DNA from: Candidatus Poribacteria bacterium
GTDB lineage: Bacteria; Poribacteria; WGA-4E; PCPOR2b
Assembly: GCA_965247655.1 (NCBI GenBank)
Contig: OZ252032.1
Location: 5,339,843-5,403,842 of the forward strand
Length of the DNA: 64,000 bases
Reading direction: 5' to 3'
The position numbers and the translations under genes were made by a program. This document shows, in pieces, positions 30,920 through 40,951 of this stretch. The notes under the pieces are model-generated. The model saw only the letters and a list, made by a program, of their open reading frames with translations. It had not been told where the DNA came from and made no database searches. The number at the start of each line of letters is the position of its first letter. The first letter of the stretch is position 1.

Positions 30920-31918
30920 ATGATGAATGTTGAAAACATGCGACTAGTAGTCGACGTTCTGGAGTCAACGAAAGCGTGTCCGGCTTTGACGGAGATCGCT
31001 GCTCGAAGGTGGTCTCCTGAACCTCATCTCTTTTCCTATGTGAGGAGCAGTGCCACTTTCATCTTCACGTTCTATCAGGGCGAGCAAAAGAGGATTCTCA
31101 GACTTCAACACTCGGCGGACACCACTCTCGAACGAATCACCTCTGAACTTGAATTTATCCATCACGTTTTCGAGACTGGAGTCCAAGCTGCCAAAGCGAT
31201 CCCGTCACGAAATGACCAAATCGTGGAGGTGGTGGACTGGGAGGGGCACACCTTCTACGCAACCGCGTTTGAGTACATGGTCGGGAGACACTGCGAGACT
31301 CAAGATCTCACATCTGAAATGTTGTTTCAGTGGGGCAAGACACTTGCGCTCATTCATCTGGCCTCACGCAGTTTTGTGGAACCGGAGGGTTTTGCCATCC
31401 CATCTTGGGAAAACGAACTGAATCAATTGGTTAAATACATTCCAGAAGATGAAAGCCGGACGCAAGACGAGCTAAAATGCGTTCGGGAGTGGCTCGGACA
31501 GCGGGAGAAGACCTCAAAAAATTATGGCTTGATCCATCGTGACTTGGAATTGGACAACATGAAATGGGATGGTGAGCACTTCCTGGTGTTTGATTTCAAC
31601 GACCTGATGTACCATTACTTCGCAGCAGATGTCGCATCCTCTCTTGAGGAAATTCTTGGGACCGAAGATGCTGAGAAGAACTCGACGCGGTTCCTTGAGG
31701 GATATGAGCGGTCCCTAGACGACCTCGAAATCAACGTAGACGAATTCCCAATGTTCTCCCGAGCCGCCAGACTTCGCAAGTACCTCAAGCTCCTTGCATC
31801 GTACTCGGGAACGCGTCCGGAATCTGATTCGGAATGGCTGTCGGGGATGCGCAAGCGACACGAAAGCGTAATGGATTATCTCCGTGAGTCGGTCGCGACT
31901 CCATTTAGCTGGCAATGA
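30920..31918 (+). CDS. APH-family phosphotransferase (aminoglycoside/choline kinase-like)
   Basis: Catalytic loop LIHRDLELDNMKW and FDFNDL motif; ATG 30920 preferred over TTG 30884. Confidence 0.7.
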   Translation: MMNVENMRLVVDVLESTKACPALTEIAARRWSPEPHLFSYVRSSATFIFTFYQGEQKRILRLQHSADTTLERITSELEFIHHVFETGVQAAKAIPSRNDQIVEVVDWEGHTFYATAFEYMVGRHCETQDLTSEMLFQWGKTLALIHLASRSFVEPEGFAIPSWENELNQLVKYIPEDESRTQDELKCVREWLGQREKTSKNYGLIHRDLELDNMKWDGEHFLVFDFNDLMYHYFAADVASSLEEILGTEDAEKNSTRFLEGYERSLDDLEINVDEFPMFSRAARLRKYLKLLASYSGTRPESDSEWLSGMRKRHESVMDYLRESVATPFSWQ

Positions 31919-32046
31919 GCCGCTGTGCACACCTGCTAATCTGTGCATCCACGGCTTCGCCAAGTTAGTTTTCAAAAAGGTTAGTCGTCTTTAGATCTGG
32001 AACTGGTATTAGGTGCCATCTAAGAAATGTCATCGTGGAGGACTCT

Positions 32047-33030
32047 ATGAAAGGATTTGAACTATCAGAGCGATTCTTCCGAGAGATTGGGCTTCCTACC
32101 ATTGAGCAGCAATTGCCTAGGTGTATCCCGAGACTGGCAGTAGGAGTTAGTGAAGGCTCGCAAGCGCACAAGAACGACGACGAGGTGTCTCGTGATCATG
32201 GTTGGGGACCGGGATTCACGGTGTGGTTTGCCAAAAACGATTTCGATGATTACGGCGAGCATCTACGGGAAGTACTCGATACGCTGCCCAATGCGTATAA
32301 CGGATTTCGATGGAAGAATCCACCGGCTAGGACCTGTGGTGTAATCGAAATCGGTAGCTATATAGAATCTGTAGTCGGATTTCCAGAGCCCCCCGAGTCA
32401 TCTATGGACTGGTTGCGAATACCAGAGTCGTATCTGTTTGAACTAACCCCGAGCAGGCTTTATCACGATGGGCCTGGCATTGTCAGTGCGCACTTCAGAG
32501 CGTTCTCCAAATACCCCGATGATGTATGGAAGCAGCGAATGGGGGCTTGTCTTTCCTGGCTCTGGGAGTGGGGACGAAAGCATCTCTTCAGGGCAGAAAC
32601 TCGAGAAGACTACGTGAGTGCGTCTTGCTATTGGGCGCGATTCGCTGAATACGCAATGAAGGTTGGTTTTCTGATGAGTCAGCGTCATGCACCCTACCAC
32701 AAATGGTTGTGGACAGAATTTAGAAAGTTGGGTGCTATTGCCGACGAAGTTTCTCCTTTGCTCGAGGAGGGGTTCGAGAAGGTAAATAGTAGACGAGAAC
32801 TGGTTGACCGCATAGAGATGCTCTATATGGAGAGGCTTCAGAAGTTGGGCTTTTCATTAGAACTCACGGTCCAAGTAGCCGCTAGAAGATTGGCCTATCC
32901 GGACAACGAACTACTTCAATATGCTCAGGGTATTCGGGGCACAATTGAAGATCCAGAAATCAAGAAACTACACTTGAGAGAAGAACTTGTCTATCCAGCA
33001 ACTAAGGCCGCGTGGACGTGGCTACGATAG
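32047..33030 (+). CDS. Nucleotidyltransferase-like / DUF4037-like protein (paralog 3 of 3)
   Basis: GVSEGSQAHKNDDEVSRDHGWGP motif; ATG 32047 behind GGAGG. Confidence 0.5.
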   Translation: MKGFELSERFFREIGLPTIEQQLPRCIPRLAVGVSEGSQAHKNDDEVSRDHGWGPGFTVWFAKNDFDDYGEHLREVLDTLPNAYNGFRWKNPPARTCGVIEIGSYIESVVGFPEPPESSMDWLRIPESYLFELTPSRLYHDGPGIVSAHFRAFSKYPDDVWKQRMGACLSWLWEWGRKHLFRAETREDYVSASCYWARFAEYAMKVGFLMSQRHAPYHKWLWTEFRKLGAIADEVSPLLEEGFEKVNSRRELVDRIEMLYMERLQKLGFSLELTVQVAARRLAYPDNELLQYAQGIRGTIEDPEIKKLHLREELVYPATKAAWTWLR

Positions 33031-33451
33031 GGACCCCCTAGTAGTCGGCACCTAAAATCATGCCCCCGGTCCTGGGCCCCTTCGCCCAACCGCTTCGCAG
33101 GTTCGGCAATTGGGACAACGCTATGGGAACAGCAAATCAGATTACTAACACCGTAGTTATGGTCGCATTACACAGAGACAGATGAACCCTATATGACACA
33201 ACTAACCCATGGTCTGAGTCTGCCAAGAAGCTTCTTCGGACAGGCTAGGGCTTCACCCAACCTGTACTTTGGATATGCTATCTGAAAGGTGTCTTTCGAT
33301 ATCAAGTAATAGTTCCATATCCTTGTGTTGCTACCGCTCCTTGGTTTGTAGGGCAACAGTTAATCACTATTTGTGTACGGATAAAACGTTACAAGAAAAT
33401 GCGACCTACAAAAGTGGTCACCTCTGGCCACTGTCTAAGACGAGGGTAAAA

Positions 33452-34366
33452 ATGAAAAAACTCACACACGCTGCATCTCAGAGCGCGAAGAACTTCATAA
33501 TGGATCAGGGGAGGGCGTTGGACCAAAAGCGTTTTAAATTTCACTTTGAAGCCGGATCTGCTAATGCCGTCCTTACCGAGCTGGCATCTTATCAAAACGA
33601 CGATGGGGGTTTTGGCAACAGTCTGGAACCTGACATCAGGACATCGGCTTCATCTGCGATTGCGACCACGGTAGGTTTTCAGGTTCTCAGGGAAATTCGG
33701 GCACCTGTGGGGCACGCGCTGGTACGGAAAGGAATCGAGTATTTTGTCGCTACCTACGATGAGTCCCGGCAGGTATGGCCAATCATTCCACCTGAAGTGG
33801 CTGAGGCACCTCACGCCCCCTGGTGGAATTACGAGAACAGTGCCGAAAGTTTCGGTCAGTTTCTGGTCAACCCACGTGCTGAGATTGTCGGATATTTGCA
33901 CGAATTTAGCGATGAAGTGCCGACGAAATTGCTGAAGCCATTAGCCGCGGCCGTTCTGGAGCATCTGGATTCCCTGACCGACGAAATGGAGATGCACAAC
34001 ATCCTCTGTTTCGCAAGGCTCGCGGAAACGGAGGCTCTACCGAATAGGGACAAGGTTTGGGAAAAACTGGCCCAGGCGGCGGCACTTCGTGTCGCCCGGA
34101 ATGCAGAGCAGCTGACTGGCTATGTTCTCAAGCCCCTGTGGTTGGTTTCCTCTCCGGAATCACCTCTCGCCGCTGGGCTTAAGGACGAAGTGGCGATGAA
34201 CTTGGACTTTGAGATCGAACAGCAGGGTGAGGACGGCTCTTGGTCTCCGAATTTCTCTTGGGGAGATCAATATCCAGAAACGTGGCGAACAGCCAAGAAA
34301 GAATGGCAATCTAGATTCACAGTTGATACCTTGAAAACGTTGAGAGATTTCGGGCGCATCGAATAA
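33452..34366 (+). CDS. Alpha/alpha-toroid repeat protein (prenyltransferase / terpene-cyclase-like QxxDGG(F/W) repeats)
   Basis: QNDDGGFGNS and QQGEDGSWSP motifs; GAGGG RBS before ATG 33452. Confidence 0.35.
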   Translation: MKKLTHAASQSAKNFIMDQGRALDQKRFKFHFEAGSANAVLTELASYQNDDGGFGNSLEPDIRTSASSAIATTVGFQVLREIRAPVGHALVRKGIEYFVATYDESRQVWPIIPPEVAEAPHAPWWNYENSAESFGQFLVNPRAEIVGYLHEFSDEVPTKLLKPLAAAVLEHLDSLTDEMEMHNILCFARLAETEALPNRDKVWEKLAQAAALRVARNAEQLTGYVLKPLWLVSSPESPLAAGLKDEVAMNLDFEIEQQGEDGSWSPNFSWGDQYPETWRTAKKEWQSRFTVDTLKTLRDFGRIE

Positions 34367-34385
34367 GTAGGGCCTTATGCTAGTT

Positions 34386-34425
34386 AGCTTCCCTTTTTTT
34401 ATGGGAACTAAAAAAAAGGGAAGCT
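34386..34425 (+). other. Strong hairpin (15-bp stem AGCTTCCCTTTTTTT / AAAAAAAGGGAAGCT) inside the IS982 left end, upstream of the transposase start
   Basis: Perfect inverted repeat read directly; may sequester read-through transcription into the transposase. Confidence 0.6.
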
Positions 34426-34491
34426 AAAAAGTCCTCCAGTCTGTTACTATAGATGAACTTGACAATCCATCTAAAACTGGAGGATAACCTT

Positions 34492-35400
34492 ATGATAACC
34501 GATTTTGATGACCTCTGTCTATGGACTTATGTCATTGTTGATGACATTCTGATAAAACTCGAACCATTACTCCGACGCCCAGGCCCCCCTCCCCCATGTA
34601 GCGATAGTGAGTTAATCACTATGATATTGGTTGCCGAATGTAAGGGGTGGGACATCGAAACACAACTGCTATCCGACTTTAGCCAGCACCCCCATCTGTT
34701 CCCTATACTGCCTTGTCAGACCCGACTCAACCGGCGAAGACGCAATTTGGGGACAATCATCAATCGGATTCGACAGATGCTCTTGTCAGACATTGAAGCG
34801 GCATCGGAGAAACTGTGTATTATTGATAGTTTGCCGATTCCAGTCATTCAGTTTCATCTGGCACCTTCGTCATCAAATAATTGGTCATGCTATGGTGCCG
34901 ATTATGGGCGGGTGGAATCGAGGAAACAGACCATTTTCGGCTATAAACTTCATCTGTTAGTCACCGCAAGTGGGGTGATTGTTGATTTTGAACTTGCCCC
35001 GGCTTCTGCAACCGATTTATCGGTTGGTTACGAATTGCTCTCTGGACACCAAGATAAGCAAGTGATAGGGGATAAAGCCTATATTAGCAACCAAGTCAAA
35101 GACCAATTAGCTCAACTCAACCGTATCGATCTGATAACGGTCCCCCGACGCAACCAGAAACAGCAGATTTCCAGACAAACCAAGCGGTGGATTAACGAAA
35201 TTAGGCAGAGGGTTGAAACGGTTAATGGTCAATTGAGTGAACAATTTCATATACAAAAGAATCATGCGCATAGTTTCTGGGGGGTATGCACTCGGTTATA
35301 CTCCAAACTCACCGCTCATACGCTATGCGTTTATCTCAATCAGCTATGCAAAAAAGAGGCGTTTTTACAGATTAAAGAGTTGGCGTTTCCAGTTCATTAG
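34492..35400 (+). CDS. IS982-family DDE transposase
   Basis: CSDSELITMILVAE, IDSLPIPV, GYKLHLLV, IGDKAY motifs; start at ATG 34492 behind GGAGGA. Confidence 0.8.
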   Translation: MITDFDDLCLWTYVIVDDILIKLEPLLRRPGPPPPCSDSELITMILVAECKGWDIETQLLSDFSQHPHLFPILPCQTRLNRRRRNLGTIINRIRQMLLSDIEAASEKLCIIDSLPIPVIQFHLAPSSSNNWSCYGADYGRVESRKQTIFGYKLHLLVTASGVIVDFELAPASATDLSVGYELLSGHQDKQVIGDKAYISNQVKDQLAQLNRIDLITVPRRNQKQQISRQTKRWINEIRQRVETVNGQLSEQFHIQKNHAHSFWGVCTRLYSKLTAHTLCVYLNQLCKKEAFLQIKELAFPVH

Positions 35401-35735
35401 TAACTAGCATAAGGCCCAAGTAGATAAATAGAATGCAGATACGGGTATGATGTTCTTGACACCGCGTGTTCATTCCGCTAAGGCAGCAATTTACGTTGCG
35501 TCGCCTGTGCTCTTTTGCCTTCGGTAATCCGCTAAGCGGGTACGGCAATTTGAAAACGCTAGGCCAAACTGTAAAACCCGAAATGTAAACACACTAGTCG
35601 ATGCTTGGAAATCTCGCCAATCCCCTAGCGCATTCGAGCGGATGGCTGCGCGAAAATGAACGCTCTTACTCGCTATCCCAATTAGACGTTCAGCATTATA
35701 TCGTATACCGGAGAGGTATATACTACAGCAGATTT

Positions 35736-37529
35736 CTACCCATCATCGCCATACATCTGCTCAATCGCCGCTTTATGGTTCTCCATAACGACCGATCGTT
35801 TGAGTTTGAGCGTCGGCGTCATCTCTCCCGATTTCTCTGAGAATTCCTCCGCCATTAAAGTGAACATCCGAACCCGCTCAAAGTCAGCAAGATCGCTCGA
35901 ATATTGGTTAATCTCACCCCGAATCAGTCGCTGAATCTCTTGCGTCTGAAGGAGTGCAGCCATGTCCCCTGTCTCAAGCTGCTGTTCTGTTGCGTACTCT
36001 TTAATCTCATCAAAATTTGGCACGATAAGCGCAGCAACACTTTTGTGTTGATCGCCGAGAAGCATAATTTCGCTGATGTAGGGACTCTGCTTGAGTTGGT
36101 TCTCAATGGGTTGCGGCGCGACGTTTTTCCCGTTGGAGAGAACGAGGATGTTTTTCTTACGGTCTGTTATTGTCAGGAATCCTTCCTCATCAATCTCCCC
36201 GATGTCGCCCGTGTGAAACCATCCATCCGTGTCAATAGCTTCCGCTGTATCTGACGGTTTGTTGAAATAGCCCTGCATGATGTGCGGTCCTCGCGACAAA
36301 ATCTCGCCATCCTCAGCAATTTTCACCTCTACGCCCGGAACGATGGGCCCCACAGTGCCAAACTTCCACCGGTCGGGCTGATTCACGCTGATGACAGGTG
36401 AGGTTTCCGTCAGACCATATCCTTCAAGGATGAGGATGCCCGCCGCATGGAAAAACTCCGCAATCGCCTTCGATAAGGGAGCACCGCCGGAGACAAAGAA
36501 GCGTAGCCGCCCACCGGTTACCGCCTTAAGTTTTTGGAAAACCAGTTTGTTGGCAATATTCGCTTTCAGCGATAAGATGGGAGATGGCTTCTTCTTCTGT
36601 TGGATGGCTTGACTCACCTTAGCGCCGACGCCGACACTCCAGTGGAAAATCTTCTGTTTGACAGCAGAACCTTCTTTGACAGAGCGGATAATTCTTTCGT
36701 GCATCCCCTCGTAGAGTCGGGGCACGCTCATCATAATTGTCGGGCGAACCTCCTGCATGTCCTGGCGAATAGTAAACAGGCTTTCAGCATACGCAATCTT
36801 CGCGCCACCGCTAAGTGGCAGATAGTGTCCCCCCATCCGTTCAAACACATGCGATAACGGAAGGAAAGAAAGGAAAACGTCATCAGGGTTGATTGTTACA
36901 ATCCCCGTGGCCGCTTGTACATTCGACATAAAATTGCTGTGGGTCAGCATTGCACCCTTCGGATCGCCTGTCGTCCCGGAGGTATAAATAATCGAGGCGA
37001 GGTCATCAGGTTCAATAGCCTCACTGGTTTGCTGGTAAATCTGATCCCCGTTTTCAACCTGCTGCCCAAGCTCGCATACCTGATCGAATGTGCGTACCGA
37101 GTCGTCTTGTAGGTCATCAAAAATAATAATATGCTGAAGACTCGTTGGGACATTTGCATCAAAGGCTTTAATTTTCTCCAACTGTCTTTCGCTGGATAGG
37201 CAGAGGATCTTTGCTCCCGAATCCCTGACGATATACTCCACCTGTGCGGACGTCAGCGTTGAAAACATTGGCACAGTAACCCCACCGTCGGCAAGTGTCG
37301 CTAGGTCTGTTATTGCCCACTCCGGACGGTTTTCTGATAGCAGTGCAACCCGATCTCCTTTCTGCAAGCCGAGTTCGGTCAGCCCTAAGCAGAAGTGTTT
37401 GATCTGGTCTGCAAGTGCTGCATAAGAGATGTCCTGATACCCCTTGTCAACTTTGTAAGATAACGCAGGCTTCGAGCCATGTTGCCGGATGGTATTTTGT
37501 AGCATTTGGTTGATTGTTATTTTGTCCAT
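35736..37529 (-). CDS. Long-chain fatty-acid--CoA ligase (AMP-dependent synthetase/ligase)
   Basis: AMP-binding motif IYTSGTTGDPKG; start at ATG 37529 behind AAGGAGG. Confidence 0.85.
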   Translation of the reverse strand: MDKITINQMLQNTIRQHGSKPALSYKVDKGYQDISYAALADQIKHFCLGLTELGLQKGDRVALLSENRPEWAITDLATLADGGVTVPMFSTLTSAQVEYIVRDSGAKILCLSSERQLEKIKAFDANVPTSLQHIIIFDDLQDDSVRTFDQVCELGQQVENGDQIYQQTSEAIEPDDLASIIYTSGTTGDPKGAMLTHSNFMSNVQAATGIVTINPDDVFLSFLPLSHVFERMGGHYLPLSGGAKIAYAESLFTIRQDMQEVRPTIMMSVPRLYEGMHERIIRSVKEGSAVKQKIFHWSVGVGAKVSQAIQQKKKPSPILSLKANIANKLVFQKLKAVTGGRLRFFVSGGAPLSKAIAEFFHAAGILILEGYGLTETSPVISVNQPDRWKFGTVGPIVPGVEVKIAEDGEILSRGPHIMQGYFNKPSDTAEAIDTDGWFHTGDIGEIDEEGFLTITDRKKNILVLSNGKNVAPQPIENQLKQSPYISEIMLLGDQHKSVAALIVPNFDEIKEYATEQQLETGDMAALLQTQEIQRLIRGEINQYSSDLADFERVRMFTLMAEEFSEKSGEMTPTLKLKRSVVMENHKAAIEQMYGDDG

Positions 37530-37749
37530 GACCAGCCTCCTTATATTCGGATTATCGGAAATATGGGAAAGGTTTTCGTAATTATCCTTCGTCTGTTTCG
37601 GTCGCCAAACGAATTTCAACGCTCACGGCACTTGTCAGTCACCTTTTGCGACGATGTGCATTATACCCCCACTTACGAAAAAGGGTCAACTGAAAAACAA
37701 AAAATAAGAGCACGTTGGAACGCAGTTGTCATGGGCTCCCCCTCCCATC

Positions 37750-39747
37750 CTACTCATCACCTTCCACATCATGGGTCACGTACTTGTTGTACCACGCCAA
37801 CTGACGCTTGAGCATATCCAGCTGATGCCGCGGCTCTCCAATGCTATGACCTTCGCGCGGATATTTGACGAATACCGTCTCAACACCGCCAGCTTTGAGC
37901 CCGGCGTAGAATTCCTCCGATTGTGGCAAAGGCACCCGGATATCTTCCTCGCCATGCAGGATGAGGGTTGGGGTTTGAACGCGATCGACATGGCTGATCG
38001 GTGATCGCTCACGGTACAATTCTAAACTCTGTGATGGAGAACCGGCGAAGTAGAGCGACATAAAGTTCGGAATATCGGTTTGTGCATAAAAGCTGACCAG
38101 ATTGATAACGCCACAAACATTACAAGCGGCTTTGAAGCGATCGGTGTGAGTGATAATCCAGCCTGTCATGTAGCCGCCATAGCTTGAACCACCGACGATT
38201 AGACGGTCGGGATCGGCAATCCCCCCCTCAATCAGAAAATCGACACCCGTCATGATGTCCTGATAGTCACCGCCACCCCAGTCATTATAGTTCGCCGTGG
38301 CGAAGCCGTTTCCGTATCCATCCCCACCGCGGAAGTTAGGAGCAAAGTAAGCAAACCCTTCGCCGCTGAAATAGTGCCATGTCGGTTTGAAACCCAAATC
38401 GCGTGAACTACGGGGTCCACCGTGTGGCTCCACAATGAGTGGATAGCTTCTACCCGCTTCATAGCCAACAGGTAAACAGAGCAAACCTTCGATCTCAAGT
38501 CCATCCCTGCTTTGCCATTGAATCACCCGCACTTCGCCGAGTGCGAAGTTTTCTAGTTGTGGATTGAGTTTCGTAAGCTGCTTCATCTCCCCTGTGCGGA
38601 TAGACCCGACCCAAACATCCGTTGGAGCGTAGGGCTCGCTGCGAGTACACAGGAATGTGTCGGCATCATTGGCGATGGAAATCCCGCCAATGACGCAATC
38701 ATCACGGGTGATTTGACGAATTTCGTCCCCTGCTTTGGAAACGGAATAAAGCGGCCAACGCACCCGATCCATTGCGATGAAGTAGATGGTTTCTCCATCT
38801 GGGGACCAGACTGGTGCATCGGCGTTCCGATCGAGCTGGGTGGCGGTCAGGTTTGTTGATGCGCCGCCTGCCGCTGAAATGATGTGAAGATCTTTCTGTC
38901 CATACCGTTCTGGGCTGTGTAAGTATGCGATTTGCCCCCCATCCGGCGACCAACGCGGCGAACTTTCACCGCCGGTGTGCGCTGTCAATTTCCGTACGCT
39001 CTTGGTTTCGATGTCAACGAGGTGAACAATCCCGTTGAACATCATATCATCTGCATTTGGGGAAGGTGCGGAGACAAAGGCAATCTGCTTCCCATCCGCC
39101 GACCACCGCGGCTCGCTGACGTGAAAGTCTCCCGCTGTTAGTCTCTGAGATTTGTCCACATTGACATTCTCATCTGATCCCTCCTCCGGTAAATTAAAGA
39201 GCAATTCAGGTTCATCGTCTAGCGTTTCGACCTCAATAACCCACAGGTGCTGCTGCTTGAAGTCATCTACCCCCATGACTATTCGGTCATCCTTGGCTTT
39301 CTTCCGCTTCTCATCAGCCTCGCTATCCTGCTCTGTCTTGAGAAATGCGATTTGCTTCCCATCAAATGACCATTGCGGATTTGATGCGCCGTTTTTTGTA
39401 TGGGTGAGTTGCTTGGCCTCGCCACCTGTGATCGGAATAATCCAGATCTGCGTTTTGTCGCCGCGCCTTGAGACAAAGGCGAGTTGCGTGCTGTCAGGTG
39501 CCCATTGCGGATTGCTGTCCCCATTGGGACCGTTCGTCAACTGGAACGGTTCACCACCATCGGTTGAAACCAGCCAGATATGACCTCGGTATTCGCTTTT
39601 TTCAGTTTCAAGGACGGGAACAGCGCGGACAAACGCCGCCCATTTACCGTCAGGCGAGATTACTGATCCACTGAGTCCTTTCATCCCGACAATATCCTCC
39701 GGTTGAAGTGTCCTCAGTTCTCGACGTTCTTGCGTGTTGTCAGTCAT
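37750..39747 (-). CDS. S9-family serine peptidase with N-terminal TolB-like beta-propeller (acylaminoacyl/dipeptidyl peptidase-like)
   Basis: Propeller repeats (WSPDG), nucleophile GGSSYGG, Asp in LHGEEDIRVP, His in EGHS. Confidence 0.85.
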   Translation of the reverse strand: MTDNTQERRELRTLQPEDIVGMKGLSGSVISPDGKWAAFVRAVPVLETEKSEYRGHIWLVSTDGGEPFQLTNGPNGDSNPQWAPDSTQLAFVSRRGDKTQIWIIPITGGEAKQLTHTKNGASNPQWSFDGKQIAFLKTEQDSEADEKRKKAKDDRIVMGVDDFKQQHLWVIEVETLDDEPELLFNLPEEGSDENVNVDKSQRLTAGDFHVSEPRWSADGKQIAFVSAPSPNADDMMFNGIVHLVDIETKSVRKLTAHTGGESSPRWSPDGGQIAYLHSPERYGQKDLHIISAAGGASTNLTATQLDRNADAPVWSPDGETIYFIAMDRVRWPLYSVSKAGDEIRQITRDDCVIGGISIANDADTFLCTRSEPYAPTDVWVGSIRTGEMKQLTKLNPQLENFALGEVRVIQWQSRDGLEIEGLLCLPVGYEAGRSYPLIVEPHGGPRSSRDLGFKPTWHYFSGEGFAYFAPNFRGGDGYGNGFATANYNDWGGGDYQDIMTGVDFLIEGGIADPDRLIVGGSSYGGYMTGWIITHTDRFKAACNVCGVINLVSFYAQTDIPNFMSLYFAGSPSQSLELYRERSPISHVDRVQTPTLILHGEEDIRVPLPQSEEFYAGLKAGGVETVFVKYPREGHSIGEPRHQLDMLKRQLAWYNKYVTHDVEGDE

Positions 39748-40028
39748 GATATTCTTTGCTCCTACTGCCGGCGGCTTTTAGAGAATAGATGTAGGCAAGT
39801 CGGGTCAATTGTGGTAAAATATCTTCTGACCCAGTAATGTGAGTTTCAGCAGGGCGGTATTATCAAACGAAAAGATCGCCCAATACGGGTGAATCCGATG
39901 CCCATGATACCCCATTTTTCAGAGATTTTCAAGCCTGTTTCAAAAAGCCTGAGACTCACACCGATAAAGATCTCATCTGAGAATATCAAAAAAGGGGAAG
40001 GTGGAGGACACAAACTCCGCCAACAGTT

Positions 40029-40859
40029 ATGAAAAACGCAACTGGAGACGCTCTTTTTGAGCTTGCACAACTAGAAAATGACCAGATTGATCTGGCTAAG
40101 GGTGCCCTCCTGATTGCCAAAGATGCCTATGCTGATTTGGACATTGAGATGTATCTACAGCGGTTAAATCAGATGGCTGAAGAACTTCAATCGCAGATTG
40201 GTAACGCAGCGGATACGAGTGACCAAATTAACCATCTAAATCGCTACCTATTTGAAGAACAGGGGTTCGCGGGCAGCAGCCAAGAACATTATTACGATGC
40301 ACGGAACAGCTATCTCAACGAAGTGCTTGAGCGCAAAACTGGCATTCCGATTACACTTTCAATTGTGTATATGGAAATTGGCAAGCGGATTGGGTTGCCG
40401 TTGGTGGGAGTCGGTTTCCCCGGACATTTTATCGTCAAGCATCGGGATTTAGAGGCCGTGATCGATCCCTTTGAGAGAGGGCAAATTTTATCGGATGAGG
40501 ATCTCTCCGAAAGGTTGACGCGGATTTTCCGTGAGTCCATGCCGATGCATCCGCGTTTTTTGCAAGCGGTTACGAATAAGGAGATCCTCGCACGGATGCT
40601 GCGGAACCTGAGACAGATCCATTTCAGGAAAGAAGAGCACGAGAAAGCGGTCAATGTCGGCGAGCAGATCACATGGCTTGCCCCTCAATCCGCGCAGGAC
40701 TATCGAGATCTCGGTTATCTATACTACCAAGTCAACGCCTACGGTAAGTCTCTGGCTGCCTTCAATACTTATCTCCGCTTATCGGATGATCCACCAGATC
40801 GGGAGGAAATTTCTAGGAATATCCGTGTCCTGACCCAACAGATTGCTAAACTGAATTAA
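40029..40859 (+). CDS. Transglutaminase-like / TPR-repeat protein (SirB1-like family)
   Basis: SIVYMEIGKRIGLPLVGVGFPGHFIVKH core followed by TPR-like C-terminus. Confidence 0.5.
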   Translation: MKNATGDALFELAQLENDQIDLAKGALLIAKDAYADLDIEMYLQRLNQMAEELQSQIGNAADTSDQINHLNRYLFEEQGFAGSSQEHYYDARNSYLNEVLERKTGIPITLSIVYMEIGKRIGLPLVGVGFPGHFIVKHRDLEAVIDPFERGQILSDEDLSERLTRIFRESMPMHPRFLQAVTNKEILARMLRNLRQIHFRKEEHEKAVNVGEQITWLAPQSAQDYRDLGYLYYQVNAYGKSLAAFNTYLRLSDDPPDREEISRNIRVLTQQIAKLN

Positions 40860-40951
40860 CCCGGCTAAACTTATCCGTTTGAATCTTCACGCGATTTAAC
40901 CCCTACGCTCCCTCACGAAAGACAAGTAAGGTAGGAACAAGGAGAAACTGC

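Larger units (their letters stand above)
34370..35417 (+). mobile_element. IS982-family insertion sequence (about 1.05 kb)
   Basis: 17-bp terminal inverted repeats GGGCCTTATGCTAGTTA (34370-34386) and TAACTAGCATAAGGCCC (35401-35417); flanking AAGTA direct repeat; inserted 3 nt after the stop of the upstream gene. Confidence 0.75.
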
